DNA of 62,968 nucleotides, counting the filler, from Stramenopiles sp. TOSAG23-2 (taxonomy: Eukaryota), in the NCBI GenBank assembly GCA_900128395.1. It is 10 parts of 10 records of this genome, joined end to end, with 100 filler letters (N's around TTAATTAATTAA, not from the genome) between each part and the next. Parts side by side here need not be neighbours in the genome. Positions count along the whole stretch, not along the records: positions 9,529 to 18,942 come from LT650104.1; positions 19,043 to 28,444 come from LT650105.1; 8 more parts are not named here. One strand, 5' to 3'. Shown piece by piece: positions 14,301 through 24,078 of the stretch. Position 1 is the stretch's first letter, and each line of letters begins with the position of its first letter. The translations under genes and the position numbers were made by a program. The notes under the pieces were generated by a model. It was not told the DNA's origin. It did no database searches and was given only the letters and a program-made list of their open reading frames with translations.

Positions 14301-15957
14301 TGATGGGATTCGACCGAATACAAGAGGATCTGCATTGAGTGTAACTTTAAAAGAGCCAACACCGCGGGAACATAGACGTAGTAAAATGCAAGGCAGACCA
14401 GGAACTACTGGTAATAAGCAATTTGACTTATCGCCAGTACGTTCTCCAACGAAAGACGAAATGTTTGGCCAAAGGCCTGCAACAGAAGGTGGTTTAAGAA
14501 AAAATCAACGTGAAAAACTAAAAGATCAAAATTTGCCACGACAACATCGTTCAATGCCACGACCAAATACGAGCAGTTCAAATAATGGCATGACGTGGAG
14601 ACCACGAACAGCAACCAGTAACGCCACAAGTCGCCCATCGACACAAGGTACAGTCGATTATGGATTTAGCTCACAGGCACATACAAATATTAATTTAGAT
14701 TATGATGCTGCTGTTATTATGTCTAATGGTCAATATGAACAAGCAAATGGTAATAATCCAAATAACGATTATCAATATCAATTAGAAGAGAAAAAAACAA
14801 CCCCAAGACAACGTGAGAATGGTAGTGGTGATCCATATTCCCCTATACGTTCGCCAACCGGTGTTAATGATAATTACCAAGCATTACCAGATAGCCCACA
14901 AACAGTTGCTGATAAGTTACGCGAAAAATTAAGCAAGCCATTAACGATACATAGTCTTGATGTCCCATTTGAAAATCTAATTGTAAATGCTGCATTGCAT
15001 GTGTATAACCCACCAGACTCTGAATTTGAAACTGGTGAAGAGGCATTTGAACAGTTTATTGCTGATTTAGTCAGTATACCTGTAGGTCCAAATGGCGAGA
15101 AAGAGCGAAGACAATGTGTCCGTAAACGTACCAAAAGTGCATTTAAATGGGCACAAAAGTTTGTTAAAGTTTTTAAATCGTATAATTTATATACCATTCG
15201 CGATCTAGTGGACCTTGGGCGTCCATTAGAAGCGTTTGGTTTACCCGAGCCACTTGCAAACAAGGTGCAAAAAGCAATCCATGAACATTTACCGCACGCA
15301 ACAGTTGCAGTTGGATATGATAAACGATATCAACGCTCTGCACTCGATGTACTTGGTAGACCTCCACCTCCTTTGCCTATTGAAGAAGGAGGTCATGTTA
15401 ATAAAAGTTTACCAACTGTTGAACAATATTTTGATGAGCGCACGATTACCATTGGACGTCAATCTGAAAGCATGATGGAACGAATTGAAAATGCTGGTTT
15501 TATGGTACCACCAAAATCTCGAAAATGGCCTGGTTCGAAATTACAACCATTTCCAATACAATCATTAGAAAGTGATTTTGGAGTATGTCTCCCACCAGCA
15601 AAACCAGTGGCTACATCCTTACTTGCAGAACGCCATAAATATAAATGTCGCTACCAGGGATGTGATGCAATGTTTTCAAGACGTTATACGTTACAATTGC
15701 ATGAGCGTACACATTTACATGCACAAGATTACTATTTTTGGAAAAAAGCACCGAGAATTGGACAAGGTCCTAAAGCCAATCGGATCGACGCCCGTGGAGG
15801 TGGTGGTGGAACGAGTCAAATGGGTCCAAAAAATGGTAGCTACAATTCCAAAGGAAGATTTCGAATGTCCGATTCTACTGGTTTTGGCATACAGCGTGGT
15901 AGTGATGGGGGCTTAAATATTGATTTTTCCCCAAATTCAAAACAACGAAGGAAGTGA
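11320..15957 (+). CDS. IQ calmodulin-binding motif protein (~5 IQ motifs) with a duplicated unknown domain, RPx[S/T]-rich region and a C-terminal C2H2 zinc finger
   Basis: IQKVFRGYLGR, IQRVWRGYIVR, IQRIFRGWLAR, IQAWFRGTRGR, IQRFIRGWLGR; YKCRYQGCDAMFSRRYTLQLHERTH. First ATG is at 11320. Confidence 0.85.
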   Translation: MAENRVTFENDEEKEDDDLLDDSDLESSSSDEESSDDEETKDRKARKMALWERPTEVFETLNCGGFTVQYKTYMLEEPPSYFHNLKPEYQMFSLRSRVIKYREEVLERMLGHLEDKLGFREQEMEGLDTQAVIAGDPAKKLYVVQTDIFHSDYEITYFPGKCWREEVWLEKNANKKSFPQALELEKARALILKRVLALRKEVQKARDELSTIGQFAGDSAAIPIQKVFRGYLGRLKVVEKRRTFFRDRQIRMAGKIQRVWRGYIVRKRYFEKFLQAQDQKRQVSSVEIQRIFRGWLARQLFIKLEAEFRARREHNKAIKIQAWFRGTRGRKIANIKRKVAVKEEVKEDYLESTIQIQRFIRGWLGRKKVVARKVEVKLNKRVKKLAYDYISKGSFWEFLGAVNNDYQRYNDQRQREEDLAATFINQVLKRREEEQQAAWDSWNNQKKQTTRRGKDAIERKNKKITTAFLGTSDDDFFKKTMEWANKKAGKNKTRRRRRTLEQGSKVQLQPLLSTTMTWDNSVLGNRMNNGNSTNFNTNGNNNNSQIMMNSPNMGNMTSLSQSSIPGPGFVTPEASAVVVGGVSIPAGFNLGEVSSAKPYSIGGMRGPGLTTPNSGSSVLEGEDGEMNPAIYAPLTSALEQESSIFEGATKGDFERFPAHVLTRDITNADDDIDRLLLHAALRTYIPPTSKAMTGLDAFEEFLRLPPGLMKVKREAEAARYANTYKKILKYNGFKTIRMLKRCSATQMTALGIPAALAQMLGRLMRQLFRSWKNTDPTYLEKLSVGGEGNNIFLDRSSQVEKYEVPDDLNKIDDSSAYLQTDDALFTMDESKILPGNNNEGVIKMGDGRELQDLWPYGNDAVEMKIAGANTSGFESATLLASAPANRESLSRQLRPETAQTIDYGGESRPSTAMSSVSRPGTRGTFGSRGSMVRPSTGNIRDLKTRESLQSGGNASSSGILRPTSSGGILRPTTPGILRTSTRGSMTNSSEQGGDDGIRPNTRGSALSVTLKEPTPREHRRSKMQGRPGTTGNKQFDLSPVRSPTKDEMFGQRPATEGGLRKNQREKLKDQNLPRQHRSMPRPNTSSSNNGMTWRPRTATSNATSRPSTQGTVDYGFSSQAHTNINLDYDAAVIMSNGQYEQANGNNPNNDYQYQLEEKKTTPRQRENGSGDPYSPIRSPTGVNDNYQALPDSPQTVADKLREKLSKPLTIHSLDVPFENLIVNAALHVYNPPDSEFETGEEAFEQFIADLVSIPVGPNGEKERRQCVRKRTKSAFKWAQKFVKVFKSYNLYTIRDLVDLGRPLEAFGLPEPLANKVQKAIHEHLPHATVAVGYDKRYQRSALDVLGRPPPPLPIEEGGHVNKSLPTVEQYFDERTITIGRQSESMMERIENAGFMVPPKSRKWPGSKLQPFPIQSLESDFGVCLPPAKPVATSLLAERHKYKCRYQGCDAMFSRRYTLQLHERTHLHAQDYYFWKKAPRIGQGPKANRIDARGGGGGTSQMGPKNGSYNSKGRFRMSDSTGFGIQRGSDGGLNIDFSPNSKQRRK

Positions 15958-16463
15958 AAAATATGTGTGTGGCAGTAGCGAACTTGCCATGAATTTCTGT
16001 TTACTTAAAAAGCTTTTTTATGAATTTTTTATATTTTTCCACTATTTGTATATTTGTATATTTTTTATTATTTTCTCCGCCTACCTTTACCTTATACCTA
16101 ATAAATATTAATATGGCATTTGTTTTTAGCATCTGAATATAGTATTAGCACATTACAGATATCGACATAATATTCAGAAGGTAAAATTGGACGTATACAA
16201 ATTCTAAAATAATACACAGTACAGTATTAATACAGGTATAGGGAAATAATATAGAAATAGCATCCACTAAAAGTAGCCATGATGATGATCAGGTGATGAT
16301 GATGTAATAAATCAGTTAATATATATATACATTTTTCTTAATTAATATAATAATTCAGATGGAGAAAGGAAAATACAGTAGTACACATATATTTTATGAT
16401 ACAACATAGCAAAGAAAAAAGATATTCTTAATATATATATATGTAATAGGGAAGACGAGGAAG

Positions 16464-18053
16464 ATGAACGCGGATCAAAAAGTAACAGCATATGCTGCGG
16501 AATTAAATGCGGCAAGGGGTGTGATATATAATTTAAGACAAATAGAAGAACATTTACAAAACCAATTACGTACGCAAGAAGAAGAACTCGTTAAGTTAAG
16601 GCTAAATAGTTTTAAAATGGAAAATGATAGGAATATGAACCTGCATTTAAAAGCTAGGATTGCAAGCCAAGCAGAGGAGTTTGAGCATCTAAGAAAACGG
16701 GTGGCAAAAGCAGAGAATTTAGTAATGCTCAAAGATAGTCAGTTGGACGATGCAAAAAATGTAGTTCGTACTTTACGGGATAGATGGAACGTTTTACAAG
16801 AACAACAGGCAGAAGTGCAGAAAGCAGTTTTAGAAATGGCAGAACAAAAAATAGTAGGGGATGCTAAAAAAGAAGAAGAAGACGAACGGGGTAGCTCGAA
16901 AAAAGAACAAAAGGAAACGGGTCGCTCTATCGATATTGAACCAACTTCACCAAGATCGTTAGAAAAAAATTATAATTTATCTCCAAGTGCATTCAAACGT
17001 TTAAAAGAATATAGTTCATCTCTTCGCGAAAGATGCCAATCACAAGAAAATGTTATTGGGGATCAAGCAAAGGAAATAAATGAATTAAAAGGTACTATTT
17101 ATGAATTTAAAGAACGATGTAGACGCCAACGTGCGGCTATTAAAACATTAAAATTGCGCGCTGGGGGATCACATGTAACTTTATCATCATCATCTCCAGG
17201 CACATCATTGTTAGAACAAGCTAGGAATTTTAATCCTAACATGAACAATAATAATAATACGAAAAAAAAGAAAAAGAAAATAAATAATTATAATAATAAT
17301 AACATTAACAGCAACAATAATGGAAGAATGCCACCTTGGAATTTTCGTGCAGGTAATAGTAAAAATAAGAAAAAAACAAATCAAAGGTATAATAGTAATA
17401 ATAATAATAATAATAATAATAGTATTATTAATAAAAAGAATGGAATGTCACGTGAATCTAAGGAAATTTTAATTGAAAATTTACGAGAAAGAATTGAACG
17501 TGATGCTGCTGCTGCATTAATGAATTCACAGCGACAATTAAAAAATGAATATGAACGTAAATTAATGGAAGCAAGAAATTTAGCTCAACAACGTGAAGCA
17601 AAGGTTGAAAATGAACTTGATAAATTGAAAAGCACAATTATAAGATTGTTAACAGTAGTTGGTGATCCTGATAAAATCAATATGGGTAAAATATTAAATG
17701 GTGTAGAAGAAGTCATAGACAATGAAGTAATTGATATGAAAAAAACAAATGAAAAAGATGAAGAAAAAGTAGAAGATGTAGTTAGTAATAATAATGATAA
17801 TAATAAAAATAATGACAAAAAAGAGAAAGAGGAAATACCACCACGTGCACCAACAGCAGCAGCACTGCCAACAATTGTAGAAATGAATAATAACAATAAC
17901 AAGAACAATGCTAACATTAGTAAAACAAAGACTAATTTCTCAAAAAAAGTAAAATCTGCATTATGGTCTTCTTCTGATTCAGAGGATGATGGTAATTATT
18001 ATATTGATGATAGTGATGCATATACAAGTGCAGAAAGTAGTATTGATTTTTAA
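16464..18053 (+). CDS. Coiled-coil protein with poly-Asn tracts, function unknown
   Basis: 529-aa ORF with heptad-like E/K/Q/L-rich segments and N-runs. Confidence 0.7.
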   Translation: MNADQKVTAYAAELNAARGVIYNLRQIEEHLQNQLRTQEEELVKLRLNSFKMENDRNMNLHLKARIASQAEEFEHLRKRVAKAENLVMLKDSQLDDAKNVVRTLRDRWNVLQEQQAEVQKAVLEMAEQKIVGDAKKEEEDERGSSKKEQKETGRSIDIEPTSPRSLEKNYNLSPSAFKRLKEYSSSLRERCQSQENVIGDQAKEINELKGTIYEFKERCRRQRAAIKTLKLRAGGSHVTLSSSSPGTSLLEQARNFNPNMNNNNNTKKKKKKINNYNNNNINSNNNGRMPPWNFRAGNSKNKKKTNQRYNSNNNNNNNNSIINKKNGMSRESKEILIENLRERIERDAAAALMNSQRQLKNEYERKLMEARNLAQQREAKVENELDKLKSTIIRLLTVVGDPDKINMGKILNGVEEVIDNEVIDMKKTNEKDEEKVEDVVSNNNDNNKNNDKKEKEEIPPRAPTAAALPTIVEMNNNNNKNNANISKTKTNFSKKVKSALWSSSDSEDDGNYYIDDSDAYTSAESSIDF

Positions 18054-18453
18054 AACATTGCGATTTGAAGATACAAGAGAAAAATGTATTTTTACAAAAC
18101 ACGTCTGTGTATTTACGAACGAAACGTGTCTGCGTAATATGAAAGAATACGAAGTTCGTACGTACGAAGGTTTCGTAAAAAATAAAATAAGTGTGTGTGT
18201 GGTAATTTTAATAATATTGATATTGTCTTTTATTTAATCTGCATACTCTGCAAAGACGCGTACATGATACGTAATTTTATACTCGTACTAAAACTAGAGT
18301 AGGATGAAATTAATATATAATGGAAAACACTTAACACTTAATAAAATAATCATGATTTATACCTCTCCACACCTCGATTCTTTCCATTTTGCAATCTACG
18401 GTGCACCACAAATATTCATCTTATCACACATACAAATACGAGCGTACATCTTT

Positions 18454-18942
18454 TCAACTAGTATATTCTGTCACTAATTTTTGCAATATATTCACATCAT
18501 TACGTAATAATTCAATATCTTTATTCATCGTTTCAACATTTTTATTTGAATTATTATCAATTATGGAATTTTGTATAACATTGGCACGTTCAACTATATG
18601 GATTGCATCTGCAATGCCCATGATCATTGTTAAACGTTTTAAACCTTCAAATTGACCAAACACAGAATCAATTTCACTTTCTAGCTCTTCTATACTTAAT
18701 TTCTTATTGGCAACAATAACTTCTTCCCCCTCTTCCTCCTTATGTTGCGATGGCTTCTCATTTTTTGTAAGTGAAAACGATGTTAATGCATTCAGTACTT
18801 GTGCATTTTCAACAGCTTCACCAAATTCTTCTCTATCTATCAAACCATTCTTATCTTTATCAATACGATCAAATAAAACATCTTCTGTTTCCTTCTTCTT
18901 CTTCTTTTTTTCCCCAGCAGTATTCTTCCTATTATTATTATT
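18454..18942 (-). CDS. 3' part of an EF-hand-containing protein (5'-truncated by contig end)
   Basis: Frame is open to the gap and reads EDVLFDRIDKDKNGLIDREEF, a canonical EF-hand loop, followed by a coiled-coil tail. Confidence 0.75.
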   Translation of the reverse strand, partial: NNNNRKNTAGEKKKKKKETEDVLFDRIDKDKNGLIDREEFGEAVENAQVLNALTSFSLTKNEKPSQHKEEEGEEVIVANKKLSIEELESEIDSVFGQFEGLKRLTMIMGIADAIHIVERANVIQNSIIDNNSNKNVETMNKDIELLRNDVNILQKLVTEYTS

Positions 18943-19496
18943 NNNNNNNNNNNNNNNNNNNNNNNNNNNNNNNNNNNNNNNNNNNNTTAATTAATTAANN
19001 NNNNNNNNNNNNNNNNNNNNNNNNNNNNNNNNNNNNNNNNNNTAATGCACCTCTGCAAACTAATACTCTACAAGCACAAGTAGGTTTCTATCCTTCCGTG
19101 CGCAATCGTTGAACGCGTACTGATTATATATTTTATATTTCGTACTTCTCGTATCATAATTTTTTTCATTCTTAATTTTATGCACATAATATACTTTTTA
19201 ATTTATATGCACATACATGATACATCATATGTCATATACATATAATATACGACGTATATTTAAATGACTGAAGTATGAGATATATATATCATAATATTAA
19301 TTAATGCAATTAACTTATTTTTTAATTTACTCATTGATAATTCCTATTGATACTCTCCACAGAAAGAATACAATAACTGAGACAATAATATCTATCTCAC
19401 TAAACTCATAATATATATATAAAAAATTCTCTTATTTATAATATGATATATATATATATATATTATATATAAATGGTTGTTTGTGATACTTCGAAT

Positions 19497-21062
19497 TTAC
19501 TTTTTCTTAAACCAATCATTGAATAATTCTTTCAATCGATTTATAATATTAACATCTGCGGTTTTGCAATATAAGCGTACATAACATTCCTCAAAGATTT
19601 GCGGTATGAAACAACTAACTTGCTCTTTTAATAAATACCCACCACTATTATCATCATCTCTTAAATAAAATAATACATGATCAACAGGATTTAGATCACC
19701 CATTCCATAATTTATTTTAACGCGATCAACAATTAAATTTGCATTTATTTCCTCTTTCTCCTCGTTCGACTTGCAATATTGTAAAATCTCATTGCGTATC
19801 TTATTTTCGCTTTCCTTTGTCTTTTCTTTTGGCAATAATATTTCGCCAATAAATTTATATAACTCTCGCTTTTGCAATTTCATCAACAAAGCTGCAGATT
19901 TTTCCAAATTCTTATCTCTTTCAGCATCCCATTCAATACGTTTCAAGATTGTATCTGTAAGTTTTGTATAGACATCCATATGCTCCATGGCATGTGACAT
20001 CTTCACTTTTGTCGTGCCCTTCGTAGATAGTAACATATGGTCATTTGCATAGATTAATGCATCCACTAACATGGCTTCAATGGCTCTTGCGACACGATGT
20101 TGATATGCACGTTTATGCAGATTATAGCGGGTATGAAATAACTCATAAATGTTCCAAGCTTCTTTTTCGTGATAACCGATTTGGGTTTTACCATCCGCTT
20201 TGGATGATTTATCATCTAATGTTAAAATACGTGCAAAACGCATTAAACGATGCGGATCGAATGAAGTTGGGATACCTAAATGTAAGCAATCTCGTGCAAA
20301 GTAATCAAATTTATCGACATCAATTCCATTCCTATGATTCGCAACAATTTCATACAGATAATCTTTACCGTCTCCACGGCCTTTCCATACCCAATCCTTT
20401 GGCGCGTCTGATTTTGAACCAAATATCAATTCTTTGATGAAATGTATATCTTCATCATGTAACCCATATGCATTGAATTTTTCCATCAAACCTTCGTTGG
20501 ATTTTAGCATGTAATCTAATAAAGCTGCACTTGCATGTTCATGAGCCCAATCAAAACCTTTTTCTGTCCTGACAGCTTTGACAAACTTTCCGTCATATGT
20601 GTGAGAGAAAGGTCCATGGCCTAAGTCATGGCATAAACCAGCAATTTTGACACATAACTCATCAACCTTTGTCAAAGACTTAATTATTGGGTCGTTGCCG
20701 TGATTTCTTTTTAAACAAGATAGAAAGACACCAGCAAGGTAACTTACACCAATGCAGTGTGCAAATCGACGGTGGGATGCACCAGGAAATACATAATAAG
20801 TAGGTCCAAGTTGCAATAAATCGCGTAAGCGTTGGAACTGAGGTGTATCTACTATAGAACAACAAAGTGGATGCAAGGTAACATGCCCGTGTACAGGGTC
20901 ATTGAAAACTTTTTCTTTTTCATTTAGTTGCGTGCTTTTATTACTATTAAATAGTGATGTTGACGAGGAAGATGTTTTTCTTTTTTTTGTAATCCTATTG
21001 TTATTATTATCAACGCTATTTTTCTTTTTGGTGACTATTTTTTGCGGTGATGTAGGATGCAT
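19497..21062 (-). CDS. SAMHD1: SAMHD1-like HD-domain dNTP triphosphohydrolase (no SAM domain)
   Basis: KVFNDPVHGH, DTPQFQRLR..QLG..YYVFPGASHRRFAHCIGV, AGLCHDLGHGPFSH, HEHAS, NGIDVDKFDYFARD, LHKRAYQHRV; metal-binding H/HD/D residues intact. Confidence 0.92.
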   Translation of the reverse strand: MHPTSPQKIVTKKKNSVDNNNNRITKKRKTSSSSTSLFNSNKSTQLNEKEKVFNDPVHGHVTLHPLCCSIVDTPQFQRLRDLLQLGPTYYVFPGASHRRFAHCIGVSYLAGVFLSCLKRNHGNDPIIKSLTKVDELCVKIAGLCHDLGHGPFSHTYDGKFVKAVRTEKGFDWAHEHASAALLDYMLKSNEGLMEKFNAYGLHDEDIHFIKELIFGSKSDAPKDWVWKGRGDGKDYLYEIVANHRNGIDVDKFDYFARDCLHLGIPTSFDPHRLMRFARILTLDDKSSKADGKTQIGYHEKEAWNIYELFHTRYNLHKRAYQHRVARAIEAMLVDALIYANDHMLLSTKGTTKVKMSHAMEHMDVYTKLTDTILKRIEWDAERDKNLEKSAALLMKLQKRELYKFIGEILLPKEKTKESENKIRNEILQYCKSNEEKEEINANLIVDRVKINYGMGDLNPVDHVLFYLRDDDNSGGYLLKEQVSCFIPQIFEECYVRLYCKTADVNIINRLKELFNDWFKKK

Positions 21063-21918
21063 TATATAAAAGGTATCGCTTATTTCTTGTTTTCTACTAT
21101 ATATATTTATATTCGTATTGGTTTATCTTTAATCTTTTACAAATTATATAAAATGTATGTAAATATATATATGTATACTGCAATTTCTTTCTATGAAGTT
21201 ATACTACTGGATATGCATATGTGTGTGTGTGTATCTTTTTTTTGCAAAAAAAATGCTTCTTTTTTTCTTCTTACTACCACGGCCATCCCTCTGTAAATCC
21301 TATTATTAATACTATATACTATAGTATATCGATAGATAGATAGAAGACGATTCGATTACGAATAATGAATAATGCACTAATCAATTTTAAATTTCAAAAA
21401 AGAATTAGAGAATTTTACGAGAGAGACGACATGCAACATGCAAATCAATAATGTTTTGGGCAAATTTAAATTGTTGCCGATATAATACCAAAAAATCATG
21501 CGAACGAAAACCTTATATTGATTAAGATCCGAAATTCCGTCTTCCCTTTTTATTTTTATGTTTGTATACTGATAAGTATAATCATATACGTACTTATATT
21601 TTATTTTGTTCAAGACGGAATTATTTGGATGTTAATCGATATAAGGTTTTCTGCATGATTTTTGAGATTTTCAAGTAGAACTTACCATGATGATAGGATG
21701 ATAGACTACAGTACAATAATGAAATAAGGGGGGAAAAATTAAATAAAAAATAAAAAAATATATATTTTTTGAAAATATTAATATTTAATATCTATTTAAA
21801 GAGATAGAAGAACTATATGGACGACAGATTATATAGTTCGTATGAAAAGAAATAAGAATTGATCGATAGATAGATAGATATATACATATACATATATACG
21901 TAAACGGATATACGTAAG

Positions 21919-24078
21919 ATGGCAAGTATTGTGACATCCTCCCAGGCGGTGGAATTGACACACGAACAAGATGAAAAAGTAAAAAAACATTTACAAGACA
22001 TGGTTGCAAAATGTGACTCTCAAACAGAAATGGATACTTTTACTTGGAAATATTGTAAGCAAACATTATTCAGTGACTTATCAATAAAAGTCTCAGCGCC
22101 AAATGACAAAAAACGTTTAAAAGAATTTGCAACAAAAGTCATATTAGAAAAAATTGAACTATTAAAGAAAAAAGAGGAACAAGCAGCAAAAGCTGTACAG
22201 GAATTATTTGCAAGTGACGAGGATGAAGAGGAAGATAGTGACGATGAAGATAATATATTTGGTGAGGATAAGGAAGCAGCGGATTCAAATTTAAGTAAAA
22301 CTACAGCAAAGAAACAAAAGAAGAAGAAGGGAAATAACGTCATTGCAGGTTTAAACGATGATGATTCTAGCAGTGATAGCGGCAGTAGTAGTAGTAGTAG
22401 TAGTGATGATAGCATCAGTTCTGATAGTAGTGATTCGAGTGACTCCGAGGAAAGTGCAAGTGAGGATGATAGTGATGAAGATGGTCCATATACAATACGT
22501 CAAGCAAAGCGCTTTTCAGATAAGACTACGCCTCCAAAAATTGCACCAGAAGTTGCTCAATTATTGGATGCATATTGCTCTAAAGCGGCATTACGAGATA
22601 CCATGAATCGAATTCATTTTAGCAATGGACGTCTTGGTAAAGGCAAAATCACAAGGACGCAAATACAAGCAGCATATACGTTGTTAAGACAATTACAAGA
22701 TGTTGTTAATGGTCCTGATTATGAACGGGATGAACAAATTAAAGAATTATCACGAAATTTTTTTGAAAAAATTAAATTTGAAGATGAGAATTCGAATAAT
22801 AATAACAACAACACTGACAAATCTTTAGCGGCTACTGCAACGATAACGGTGAACGAAACGCTTATCAATTCATTGGAATTAATACAAACATATGCTGAAC
22901 GTTTACAAATTATTTCCATGGTTGAAGCTTCAAATCGTATTATTAGTGGCACAAAGAAAAAACATGAAAATGCAATGGATACGAATTACATTGATACAAA
23001 ATATCGTGTTTTGCCATGCCAAATATCATTTGTCAATTCTGAAAGTGGTCAATGGAAAAAAATTGAACGAGCAGTAAAAACTACGCAAGCAAGTATACAC
23101 AATGATAAAAAGTTAGTTTTAAATAAGCTTTATTCCATTGAACGTAGTTCAGAATTATCACGTTTTGAACCATTTAAAGCATTGCCAAATAGAAAATTGT
23201 TATGGTATCCAGTACATTCCAAAGGTGCATTGGCTGGTATATTATCTTTAGGATTACGTGTAATTCCACCAGATGCACCGACAACTGGTTTGATGTTTGG
23301 AAAAGGAATAAGATTATACGATAGTGTTAGCCGTGCTGTACGTGACACTGAACATTATGTATATCCTATCACAGAAAAATCAATTGGAAATGCTGATGCT
23401 ACAAATGATAAAATTGATGGTGATGATGATGATAATAATAATAGTAACAATTCCGATGCAATAATGGTTGTTGATGGGGAAGAAACAGATGGAAAACAAC
23501 CAGAAGAAGAACAAAGTAATGGAAAAGAAGCCGTAAATAATGAGAAGGGTGATGAAAAAGTATTTTTAATATTGTGTGATGTTGCATGTGGTAAACAAAA
23601 TGAAATGCGACGATCGTTATACATGCAAAATGCACCTCCACCATATCATTCCGTAAAAGCAATTGGTCAATTTAACACTACCTCTAATATACCATGGACT
23701 TCAACTGATATGTTTGCACCTGAATTATCAATTGGTCCTATGCATGATACTAGAGAACAAAACAGCACTAAATTGAAGTTCAATGAATACGTAATTTATG
23801 ATAAAGGGCAAGTTTGCATGAAATATTTAGTGGAATTGGATCTAAAAAATCCATCAGAAGTAGTAGAAGAAATGATCGTTGAATCAGAGGCAGTTGTAGA
23901 GAAAACAACACCAACAACGACGATGATGATGGACGTAGATAATAATGAAAATATTGAAACTACTACTGCTGCTACTATGCAGACACCTGTTGTCGAAACC
24001 AACGGTAATGGAAATATTGCTAATACTACAACAACAGAAAGTAGTAGTGCAATATTATCTGCAAACATTTCCCCATAA
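21919..24078 (+). CDS. PARP-family protein (regulatory + catalytic-like domains) with degenerate NAD-binding motifs; possible N-terminal DEK-C-like helical domain and acidic Ser/Asp linker
   Basis: LGKGKITRTQIQAAYTLL..ELSRNFF (regulatory domain); RFEPFKALPNRKLLW, GLRVIPPDAPTTGLMFGKGI, LCDVACG, HSVKAIG, FNEYVIYDKGQVCMKYLV (catalytic domain). Confidence 0.85.
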   Translation: MASIVTSSQAVELTHEQDEKVKKHLQDMVAKCDSQTEMDTFTWKYCKQTLFSDLSIKVSAPNDKKRLKEFATKVILEKIELLKKKEEQAAKAVQELFASDEDEEEDSDDEDNIFGEDKEAADSNLSKTTAKKQKKKKGNNVIAGLNDDDSSSDSGSSSSSSSDDSISSDSSDSSDSEESASEDDSDEDGPYTIRQAKRFSDKTTPPKIAPEVAQLLDAYCSKAALRDTMNRIHFSNGRLGKGKITRTQIQAAYTLLRQLQDVVNGPDYERDEQIKELSRNFFEKIKFEDENSNNNNNNTDKSLAATATITVNETLINSLELIQTYAERLQIISMVEASNRIISGTKKKHENAMDTNYIDTKYRVLPCQISFVNSESGQWKKIERAVKTTQASIHNDKKLVLNKLYSIERSSELSRFEPFKALPNRKLLWYPVHSKGALAGILSLGLRVIPPDAPTTGLMFGKGIRLYDSVSRAVRDTEHYVYPITEKSIGNADATNDKIDGDDDDNNNSNNSDAIMVVDGEETDGKQPEEEQSNGKEAVNNEKGDEKVFLILCDVACGKQNEMRRSLYMQNAPPPYHSVKAIGQFNTTSNIPWTSTDMFAPELSIGPMHDTREQNSTKLKFNEYVIYDKGQVCMKYLVELDLKNPSEVVEEMIVESEAVVEKTTPTTTMMMDVDNNENIETTTAATMQTPVVETNGNGNIANTTTTESSSAILSANISP

